A stretch of 64,000 nt of DNA. Source: Octopus vulgaris. Taxonomy: Eukaryota. The translations under genes were made by a program, and so were the position numbers. This document shows positions 53,585 to 64,000 of the stretch, piece by piece (the first letter of the stretch is position 1; every line of letters begins with the position of its first letter). The notes under the pieces were generated by a model that made no database searches, was not told the origin of the DNA, and saw only the letters and a list, made by a program, of their open reading frames with translations. The stretch lies in NCBI GenBank assembly GCA_951406725.2, contig OX597819.1, positions 3,720,001-3,784,000 of the forward strand, in the 5' to 3' direction.

Positions 53585-54779
53585 ACCGACATATACAACA
53601 GATATGTTAAAACATACTGTTTCACTTGTTTTAGCCGTTCATTTTCAGTGAGCTGTAGAGATTGTTGCGCGTGCGCACCCTTTTTGCTGAGTGGCGGGGG
53701 GGGGGTTGTGGTGCGTGGATCAGATTTGGAGTGGTTCATATAAAATTTGAAATTAATTAATTTTGTGTTTGCCATATTGTTAGTATCCGTATTTTTCCAC
53801 GTAAAATAAAAAAAAAAAAGGAGTTAAAATTTTTTTTTAAAGTTGGGTGGTAGGGGAATTTAAAATTTTGAAAACATGATTTTTTTGCATATTCGGAATC
53901 TCCGTCACCGAAAACCTAGAGACCCGCCGAGAAAAAGAAATTTCCGAAAGCTCGGTTTGTATATGTGTGTGTGTGTGGGGGGGAAGAAGTGACTGTCGTT
54001 CAGCTCCACCCGTATTCATACATATACGTATAAATGCAAGAATGTACTTATATCTGCCAAGCATCTTTAAGCACAACCCCCCCCGCATACACGCATCCTA
54101 AATACGTATGCGCGCACACGCATAGACACAATTCATGCAAACATGGCTGATATACATAGCTGAGGCACTACATAGCTGATGCACACGCAAGTAGTCACAC
54201 ATGGTTAATGCCCATTCGCATCCATACGTACACACATCCTAGCAAACACATACGCACCAGCGTGCTAATGGCATCAGCGCTCACACGCCACCCCCCACAC
54301 ACATAGATCAGACACAGACGTATAGGCGTCAGACACCCACATTTATGAACCCATACATCTCGCACACAACCCCCAACCCAACACATTCATCCTCTCCGGC
54401 CATTGATCCGTTGTCGCACAAGTCCCATCAAAGACCAGCTATATAGCGAGACACCACCAGCTTCCTGTCCAGTCACGCCGTGAAAAAGATTCTCCTTTTT
54501 AATAGATTTGGTGCCGCTTGAATTGCGATTCCTCTCCTTTAAGAACCATGTGAGATGCCTTGTCCAATAGCAACCCAGTTTTCGTTTGTCATACTGAAGT
54601 TCTTACACCTATCTGATCAGCCATTTGAGACCGATGAGCTTTAAATTTCATGGGGCCGAATCTAAATAATAATTTACGTAACTCGTATAAGGCGGCGAGC
54701 TTGCAGAATCGTTAGCATGCCGGACAAAATGATTTTGCCAGCTCACCGACTTAACATAGTGGCATATATTAAAGACTCT

Positions 54780-55475
54780 ACATACGTCCCTGAAGATTTA
54801 TAATGAACAGTCCAATGTCTTATCAATTACTATGAAAGGAAGCATTGATGATGAAATCATCATCAATTATTTCATCATCCATACTCTCAACAATACGCCC
54901 TTAAATATGGTTTCTAATTACAAATATCTTGGGTAATAAATATCATCATCTGAAAAAGATTTTCTAACTAGAAAGGGTATGGCCTGGTCAGCCTGTAATG
55001 ATATGCATAAGATCTGGTCATCAAATCTAAGTAGAGATTTCAAACTTAAAGCCACAGTCGAACCATTTCTACTATATGGCTCAGAAACCTGGACGTTATC
55101 AAAGAAGCTTCAGAGGCAGTTGGATGGAACTTACATTCGCCTCCTTATGAGAGCTCAAAATCTCTCGTGGAAGCGTCATCCAACCAAAGTACAAATATAT
55201 GGGAAACTACCACCTGTATCATCTCTTGTGAATGGTAGAAGAGTCCAGTTTGCTGGACATTGTTGTAGAGCTGAAAGCGAGGTAATTTCTACTCTTCTCC
55301 CCTGGAAACCATCTGCTCGCGATACCAGAGGGCGCACACTCTCCTACCCTGATGCAATCTCCAGGGATACAGACATCCAGCAACAGGACCTCCGTAATGC
55401 TATGATGGACCGTGAGGTCTGGCGTAACATAGTGAATTCCATTGTCTCGATCACGGTCGAACAATGATGATGATG
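54780..55475 (+). mobile_element. 5'-truncated RTE-group LINE 3' end
   Basis: YKYLG upstream. ORF 54979-55467 has LLYGSETWTL, LLMRAQNLSW, FAGHC.R and AMMDREVWR. Ends in a (TGA)n tail. Confidence 0.85.
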
Positions 55476-57710
55476 AGCATTGATTATAAAAGTTATATAA
55501 AATGTATCACATCCTATACACATATTCTTTCCGTCGATTGTACATTCGAAATTAGTTTTCACGCAATATCAAATAGTAAAAAATCAGTTGAATCTATTTC
55601 ATATTATCTCATTTGAAAAATCGATTGAATCCTACTTTATGTTCTTTTTACAGATATCTTACATAATTTTATAGTTATGCTTCTGTTGTATCCTTTACAA
55701 ATATCGAGTAACTTATTCATTTTCTGTCGTACAAACTTGAATTCTAATTGTTATATTTTGTTATTATTTAATGTAAATGTAAGTGAAGAGCTGTAATTAG
55801 TAAGTTGTTAGTTTCAATGATCAATTATTATCATTACGTTTTCTTTTTCGACAGATTTATGAAATAAGCACATAAGTCTTTAGTTATTCCTTTCTGCATC
55901 ACTTGATAGATTACTGCTACCATGCATCTTCTGTCACCAGGAGAGGTCGTTAATGACGCAACGAAAGTACCACGAAATACACAGTATTATAGAGATAATG
56001 ATAACTAACTGAAATAATAAAGAAGTGGTTAACTAAAACGGCAGGTGTATATTGATTGTAATATTAAACAAAACCAGGAATCAAACGAAATATGAGATAA
56101 TTTCCCTGAAGAAGGAAAGAGAAGTCGTTATCGACATATTAGCGATAATAGAGAAGCATTAAACAGCGTATAAGATGTATGTGATAATTTGCATTGCAGA
56201 CCATTGGAAGAAAGAGAGCTTACAAACCTTGGCAGATTAACGAGTTGGCAGATCGTAAGAGGCGAGATAGCTTACAGACATTGGGAGGCGAGAGAGAGCT
56301 TGTAAACCGTGGAAAGCGAGGGAAATTATAGATTGTAGTGCGCTACATAGTTTTTAAATCATACGATGAGATAGAGATTGCAAGCATGACAGGCAAAAGA
56401 GCTTGTAGATTGTAAATGGTAAGATCGTGGAAAACGAAAGAGCTTGCAGGGCATCCGATTCAAGGATTTATATTTTGGTTTACATATGGTTGGTTACTTG
56501 TCATATTTGCAATGGTAAAATATTTCCTTAGTGTGCTGTTGGTAGTATTCTTTTCCAGAGTCGATTTGGTGGTGTGGAAATCTAAGAAAAATACTTAGAA
56601 TGCTTGTATTTCATAAATGCATAAATTTTTAGGGTTAGATAAATTGAAACACATTTACAAAAAATAAATTCGACAGTTAATAGTTCCGATTAACTGTTGA
56701 TTTGAAGTGACATAAAGTACAAATGAGGAGGTGGTGGGCGTATTTGGATAAAGATGTCTTGATGAGGTAATGGGTAGACAATCCAATTTTAGTTGAGATC
56801 TTATTGCCATGCTAAAATGTGGATCTGGACAAAAGAAAAAAGATTGCCGTGGATCAGTCAGGGATACTTGTACAGTTGATGTAAAATCTTCTCAATGCAG
56901 AACAATAACTGGAACTGAAATAACTGGAGGTGTTGAGAGATAATGAAGAAGGTTAGATAAGATTACCTTTCAACCAAATTAACTGAAATTTCTTTAAAAA
57001 TAACATCAAGGTGTCAGCGGTGGATGAGAGGAAAGTGGACTCAGATTATAACAAAATAATAAAGTACGTTGTTGACTACAGAAATAGTTCTGAAATAACC
57101 ATTATATTTGTACAATCTTTTAGTATATATTATTAAAACGTTTATGTGTAGTTCAGGACTATGTTCATTCCGAATTGGTGCAAGTATTGCTCTTTTTAGG
57201 AATGGACAGTTAAATGTCAAAATAGAGATGTGGGGTTATTTTCTGTCCAAGAGTGTTTGATCAGATATGTCTAGAAAGTGAAGTGTAGGAACTGACGTAG
57301 GTTGTGACCGTCCTATTTTCATTGTGCCACAATAGGAGGTGATTTATGTTAGCAAAAAGCGTATTTGGACAACCAATAAATACATAATCATAATTTATAT
57401 GTATTGAGAAAGAGATTGGCAGCAACTTGGAATAATGTAAAAGATTCTAATGAGAAAAAGTGCAGCTTGCCTCGTGATCTCCTCAATACAAATACGACTT
57501 TAATTATGTTTAAACTAAAATAGCATCATGCGACTCAATAGCTTTGAGTGTGTCTAATACTCAACAAATATTGACTGGAGATTATATATCATTTATATAT
57601 TGTATTATTCCACGAATCATTGCCAACATACACACGCACAAAGGCACACACAGACAGACAGACAGACACACAAACACACACACACACACACACTCACAAA
57701 AGCGCACACA

Positions 57711-57750
<40 letters not shown>

Positions 57751-57765
57751 CATACATACATACAT

Positions 57766-58148
57766 GGCGTAGGCGTTGGAGTGTGGTAAGAATCTTGCTT
57801 CCCAACGACATGGTTTCAGGTTCATCCCCACTGCATGGCCCCTTGGACAAGTACCTTCTTCTATAGCCTTGGCCCGACAAAGTCCTTGTGAGTGGTTTTG
57901 ATTGACAGAAACAGGCTATGTCGTAAGTAGCTTGCTTACCAGCCACATGGTTCCGGGTTCAGTCTCACTGCGTGGCAACTTGGGCAAATGTCTTCTACTA
58001 TTCTCTCGGGCCGACAAAAGGCTTGTGAGTGATTTTGGTAGATGGAAACTGATAGAAGCCCGTCGTATGTATCGACCTAATCTTTGTAAGCCTAGTATTT
58101 ATTCTACCGGTCTCTTTTGCCGAACCGCTAAGTTACGGGGACGTAACT

Positions 58149-58209
<61 letters not shown>

Positions 58210-58412
58210 TTGTATGTCTGTGTTTCTCGCCCACCACTGCTTCACAAGCGATGTTGGCGTGTCTGCGTCCCCGTAACTTAGCCGTTCGACAAAAGAGACC
58301 GATAGAATAAATACTAGGCTTACAAAGATTAGATCCTGGGGTCGATTTGTTCAACTAAGGCGGTGCTTCAGCATGGCTGTAGTCAAATGTCTGAAGCAAA
58401 TAAAAGAAAAGA
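57766..58412 (+). mobile_element. Composite SINE family C (two heads, inverted tail fragment)
   Basis: Heads at about 57766 and 57914, tail at 58266-58412, and an inverted tail copy at 58077-58143. Confidence 0.8.
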
Positions 58413-58456
58413 ACATATATATTTGTGTATATATATATATATATATATATATTTAT

Positions 58457-58990
58457 ACGAATGAGCCCCCCCCGTCCAATGGACGGTGCTGAATAAAAAG
58501 CAATCAGTGTTGTCTTTTCATTAAAAAATATTAAGCATGTCTTTATTTCAATAAAGGGTTTTGTTAAACGAAGTTAAAGCAAAAAGAGAAACTTCTTGAG
58601 AAATCAAATAGTCTTTCCTTCCTTCATGCCAAGTTTGAAGAAAATATCTCTTTTGCATCTTACTTTTTTGGTCTCTTAAATATACTGCATTTTATGGCAT
58701 TATTTCAAACCAGCCGGTTTTTTTCCCGCAAACTGCACGTGCAAGTTTCTCGCGTTCGCGTAGAATCGATCGTAACAGCTGATGTACTTGCGTATACAAA
58801 TGCACGTTCCCACGGGTTTATCGATCGCATTCTCGCATGGAATCGATTTTTGTAATTTTTTCAAGACTTATAAACGCCCTGATACCGTCGGTATGTACGT
58901 ATCAAATTTGAGCGCAAACCCGAGATCCTAGAAGACACACACACAGACAGACAAAATGGATTATATATATATATATATGCGTATATATAT
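58457..58990 (-). mobile_element. Non-autonomous Helitron-like element
   Basis: Subterminal hairpin ccgtcca-a-tggacgg (58472-58486) near the minus-strand 3' end. The minus-strand 5' end has (TA)n then gtctgtctgtgtg. The terminal CTRR is not intact. Confidence 0.5.
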
Positions 58991-59026
58991 ATAACAATGT
59001 GAATGTGTATATGTGTGTGTGTACGT

Positions 59027-59113
<87 letters not shown>

Positions 59114-59456
59114 TAAAACTCACTAAAACTCGAGAACTACCCAACCGATTTCATGCAAATGTTCCACATGCCTTCCTTAAAATTTTCAGCTTCTTGCCTA
59201 ATGCGAACCTGGAAGCAATCTCTTATCTCTTGGACTATTTCAGTATTACGTGTCAGAAGTGAAGCAATAACATCTCTATTGAAATGTGAGATACTTTCGG
59301 GTTAATGGTTTCACCATTAATACTGGAACTATTATTTCACATATACATATCTCACATATATTTTATCTTATTTATTTACTTTATTTTATTTTATCTAGTT
59401 TCAGCTCACGAGCTGTGGCCATGCTGGGGCACCGCCATTCAAAAACACATGCATAA

Positions 59457-59493
<37 letters not shown>

Positions 59494-59629
59494 TTTTATT
59501 CCTTCATTTGTTTCAGTCATTTGACTGTGGCCATGCTGAAGCACCGACTTCGGTCGAGCAAATCGACTCCAGGACTTATTCTTTGTAAGCTTAAAACTTG
59601 TTCTGTCGGTCTATTGTTCACTTCACCAA

Positions 59630-59786
59630 TTTCACCTTTGTTTAAAAAAGATTGTCAAAAGTAAAATGTAAAGCTTTAAGTACTGGTTGTCACAAAATAA
59701 TTTTGTGACAACCAGTACTTAACATAACAAAGCTTATACAAAGCTTTACATTTTACTTCTGACAATCTTTTTCTAAAAAAGTGAAA
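59630..59786. repeat. Nested palindrome / foldback
   Basis: Core ttaagtactggttgtcacaaaa-taa-ttttgtgacaaccagtacttaa. Outer arms aaaaagattgtcaaaagtaaaatgtaaagcttt / aaagctttacattttacttctgacaatcttttt. Confidence 0.85.
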
Positions 59787-59878
59787 CCAGTCAATTGAAT
59801 AAACATTTTTAAAATTGCATTTTCAAACCTTCTTTCATATATAATTCCACTCGTGCGGTACCTTACAACATCATTTTG

Positions 59879-59939
<61 letters not shown>

Positions 59940-59964
59940 GGTGTATACGGAGATATATAAATAT

Positions 59965-61820
59965 GAATTGTTTTACCTACTTACAATTTTTGCAAACAAT
60001 TTGATAATAAAAAATTATATAAAAAGAATTGAGAATAAATTTAATTCAATAGTTATTTCTCGCTTTGCAAAACATATTTGATACCCCAACACTTTTCTGT
60101 AAAAGGCCCAACAGCGTTCTGCTGTTATTTCCCCAAACTTGTTTTCAATAAGTGCCTTAAGACTTATTCCATTAAAAGCAAATCCTCTTATCACCAAATT
60201 CTTCCAAACAGAGAAAATATTCTCTGTGAGGCTGAGAAAAGGGGAATATTGTGGAAGATACTTAATGTTTCAGGTTGCTATTTCCAAATCTTCAGACAAC
60301 CTCCCATAGTGGTGAATTCTGGCAATTACAAGCATCACCATTTACTGCCCCCTCATGGATTTTATGCTATATCATACCATAGTTATTCATTGCTTCTACA
60401 ACAAAAATGTTTCTGCTTCGTGCAGCAGGTACAGATACATATGCTGATTGCCCATTCCTCTTACGACCGAAAACCCTACTTCATCTAAAAAGATAAAGTC
60501 CTTATCATCATTATCCACTTCAAGATTCCGATAAGCAGTGGCATATGCCTCCCTGAGTTCAAATTGTGCTTTGAAGAACGACCCTTTTTAAAGTATAATG
60601 AAACTGGCGAAGGTTTTTATCAATAGTACTTATTGATACTTGAATACCGAAAGTCTCCAAGACCTAATTAGGAAGTTTTTTTTTTTTTAAAGTGCTAGTA
60701 CAATTTTGATCTATATAGGCGAGCAATTGCTCTTTAACCTCTTTTCTAAATCTAGAACACGTATCGCTTCCGCGCTTCAAAGGGAGTACAGCACCAGTTT
60801 TCAGGTATTGCTTTGCAATACTGTTAACTCTTCCGTACTTTTTCCCATACTTAGAAGCCATATTGGAAACTGAATAGCCGTCCAATGTTTTTGTCACAAT
60901 CCTCTCACTATCATCATTGGAAACTGGTTTTCTCCTCCAATTTTGGTGTTGTACATCTGTTAGAATTATTCTTTTCTACTCTAGGCACAAGGCTCGAAAT
61001 TTTGGGGGAGGAGACCAGTCAATTAGATCGATCCCAGTACGCAACTGCTACTTAATTTATCGATCCCGAAATAATGAAAGGCAAAGTTGACCTCGGCGGT
61101 ATTTGAACTCAGAATGTAGCGACAGACGAAATACCTATTTCTTTACTACCCACAAGGGGCTAAACACAGAGAGGAAAAACAAGGACAGACAAACGGATTA
61201 AGTCAATTATATCGATTCCAGTGCGTAACTGGTACTTATTTAATCGACCCCGAAAAGATGAACGGCAAAGTCGACCTCGGCGGAATTTGAACTCAGAACG
61301 TAACGGCAGACAAAATACGGCTATACATTTCGCCCGGCGTGCTAACGGTTCTGCCAACTCGCCGCCTTCCTCCGTTAGAATTATTGAATTTTCATTCGCA
61401 TCAGCAGGGTCATCGGCATTCATAGCAGTAGAATCATTTTTTAAAGCTTGTTTATTTTCACCGTTTCGTTTATTTTTATTTACTTATAGACAAAAAAAAA
61501 ATCTATTTTCTAGAACTTTAAAAAGTTTTAAATAGTTTAGTTTCGATGGGGTGCTTTGATCTAATATGTTTTGAACTTTTTTCAAATTTAGAATTTTATT
61601 CAACAATAACAACCTTGTTTTATATATTGTACAAAATTTTTTATTTTATTATTAAATTGCTTGCAAAAATTATTAAATTGCTTGTAAAGAGTATTAAATT
61701 CATTGTAGAAATTATTCACTTAGTTGCAAAAGTTATTCACTTGGTTGCAAAAATTATTCACTTGGTTTGCTAAGATTATTCAATTGGTTGCAAAGATTAT
61801 TAAGTAGGTAGAAAATTCCC
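59965..61820 (-). mobile_element. Tc1/IS630-type DNA transposon relic
   Basis: Imperfect TIRs (gaatt..tacctactta.aat.tttgcaa.caa at 59965, reverse complement at 61780-61820) in TA context. Minus-strand remnants include HTH-like ORF 60664-60897, DFIFLDEVGF (about 60470-60500) and YLPQYSPFLS..ENIFS.WK (about 60200-60260). 21-bp subterminal tandem repeats at about 61645-61800. Confidence 0.8.
60971..61373 (-). mobile_element. SINE family A inserted in the transposon
   Basis: 12-bp TSD gttagaattatt at 60959-60970 and 61374-61385. Homologous to 21488-21888. Confidence 0.92.
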
Positions 61821-62860
61821 ATATATATATATACACCACGAACCATGAGAAATATATGAGACCATACCAGTATACAAACATTGATAGAGAATTGGGCTCA
61901 GATAGAGGAAGCATCTATCTTATGGTTATATAGTCTCGGATATACACGCATGCATAGATATAAACACGTAAAGATGAAAACATATTTCTTGAATAAGATG
62001 GTGTGTTCATGAATGGTGTGTTTAATAAGATGGTGTGTTTATGAATGTGTATGACAGCGTGCATGCGTGTGTGAGGTGTATGTATGCGAGCGAGCATGTT
62101 GTACATATTGACAAATATATTTTCCTATTCTTGTTTCGCATCATAGCAAGTTGCTTTTCCAAAGATTCAAATAGCCGTAAAGATGAGTGCAGGAAAATAT
62201 ATTTGCTCATTGAGAACGTGTAAACTTTAAACCTGATACTATAGCTACTTCACTGCATTAAATGATGTTTAACTGACAGAAAGGATAATGGTTAACAAAT
62301 AAAATGACAAAATAAATCGACGCTTTTCACCAATTAACGACTCTGTTGACTTTGCTTTATTTAATCAACATAACACTACAACAATATTGTTGAAGAGATG
62401 TGATGAAGAAAGGAAAGAATGAAATTCACTTTAGGGCTGCACCGAACTATAACGTGGTGGCATGCGGACAATGTATATGTATAATACAAATCAACTGTCA
62501 GCTACATTAAAGGGAAGAAGCATAACGCATTGTTAATGAGCTGTACACAAAGCTAGAGTTGTACTGATACCACCCAATGCCCTCAGATCTTTGTGTCGGC
62601 TTTCTTTAAGAAATTGATATGATCCAGTGATAATGCGTCTAGTCAGAAGCAATTTATTCCATTTCTTTTTGAATGGTAACTTAAAAAGCAAAGAACCTGA
62701 GTGACTGGCGTGTTCTGTGTATACTCAGTAATTGAAGATCTAAAAGTACTTAAATCGCACAAAAACAGTGATTTAGGTACTTTAGCAGCAGTAGGAACTT
62801 CTATTATACTTTTGTGTTTTGAAACAGATGACTTTTAAATATTTGCATATATGTATATTT

Positions 62861-62902
<42 letters not shown>

Positions 62903-62913
62903 ACAGACACACA

Positions 62914-62977
<64 letters not shown>

Positions 62978-63619
62978 CAAGAGGAAATAAAAGTTTAAAA
63001 GTTAAGACACAAGTACTTGTTATAGGAAATAGAATAATTTACAATTAAATGTAAATTTGAAAAATGTAACACTTTCTATTCCTTAAGATTTTCAGATTTT
63101 CTCAATATAGTCAACCATTTTCTTTATAAGTAATCAAAAGTGATTTCATAACATCCATGAATTGATAATGAAAATTTCATTGATGGAAATGTTTGTTAAG
63201 TCTATTACGTGATAAAAATGGGTACGCTACCAGACATCTGCATATATTTAGCATATTTCTCTCTCTTTTATGGAGTATCTATTCACTTAACTACGTACAT
63301 GCTGCGGTAATGGTAGGATGATATTTCAAAGCTGATTTTTGTTTTCATTATCTTATAAATTCCATTTTTACCATTCGTAAGTTTTGTGTAATTGCTCAGT
63401 TTGTATATTTGAAGTTTAAGTCCTACTGCAGCCTAAGGATAGATGTTATGCAATAGATTTACGGAGATGACATTATTTAGAGGGAAATCAGGTTAAATGT
63501 TTTATGACTTTAGGATAGTGGAATTTTGAAATCCGATCTTGTGAAGAAAAATCTGACAGATTTACTTGAAACAATATTAAACGAGTTATTTCAGTATCCT
63601 AATACATCACGAACACAGG

Positions 63620-63775
63620 AAACTGATTGAGACGTTAGCGAGACAAACATAATGCCTGTTGCTGGGTAGTATTCATTTCTTTATTCTGAGTTCCGTGTTC
63701 AAATCTCGTCGAGGTCAACTTCACCTTTCATTCTTTCGCGCTCGATAAATTAAATATCAGCCGATTACTAGGGTG
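63620..63775 (+). mobile_element. Degenerate SINE family A head
   Basis: gttcaaatctcgtcgaggtcaacttcacctttcattctttcg..tcgataaattaaat. Confidence 0.6.
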
Positions 63776-64000
63776 GAACCCATTCCTATCCCTATTTTTA
63801 TTTCTCACTCACTCACTCACTCACTAATTCTCTCTCTCTCTCTCTCACGCTCTCCCAGAACCATAAGTTAAATTTGCTATACTGAAACCGTGCAAAATGT
63901 GCGTCTACCATATTGCTTTTAGGGCAGGTCATGTCCCCAGCTAAAGGATAAGTTACTCTCATCCTCTAGAAAGGGCCATCAGCGTGGTCTTTCCTCCTCT

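Noticed and set aside
56190-56450. Degenerate tandem units of about 27 bp (gagagcttacaaacc..gg)
   Set aside because: Weak, irregular periodicity with no repeat-spacer structure. Not CRISPR-like.
61645-61800. Regular 21-bp repeats suggestive of an array
   Set aside because: Head-to-tail with no spacers, and part of the transposon subterminal region.

Overview
AT-rich eukaryotic, repeat-saturated DNA with no host gene I can support. The SINE families and microsatellite load resemble octopus/cephalopod genomes, which is an inference from memory, not a database result. Contents: one nearly intact Penelope-like retroelement (PLE; RT + GIY-YIG, 31.8-34.7 kb) and several PLE relics; a CR1-type, an RTE-type and four R4/Dong-type (REL endonuclease) LINE fragments; four tRNA-headed SINE families, several with target-site duplications; a (TAA)n-associated non-autonomous element; non-autonomous Helitrons; a Tc1/IS630-type transposon relic; and a 2.5-kb (TTC)n tract. 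The most interesting signal is a set of hammerhead ribozyme (HHR) motifs read directly from the sequence. Two have canonical cores (4021-4089 +, 38651-38731 -), two have a compensatory U3:A8 core (34606-34649 +, at the PLE 3' end; 47748-47788 -), one is a U4C variant (5362-5396 -), and there are degenerate copies. Most lie in short 150-400 bp non-coding cassettes embedded in (TA)n runs, often with long inverted repeats, and they concentrate at 3.8-6.5 kb. This suggests a family of TA-microsatellite-associated, ribozyme-bearing mini-retroelements mobilised by PLEs. Most ORFs in the supplied track are microsatellite artefacts.
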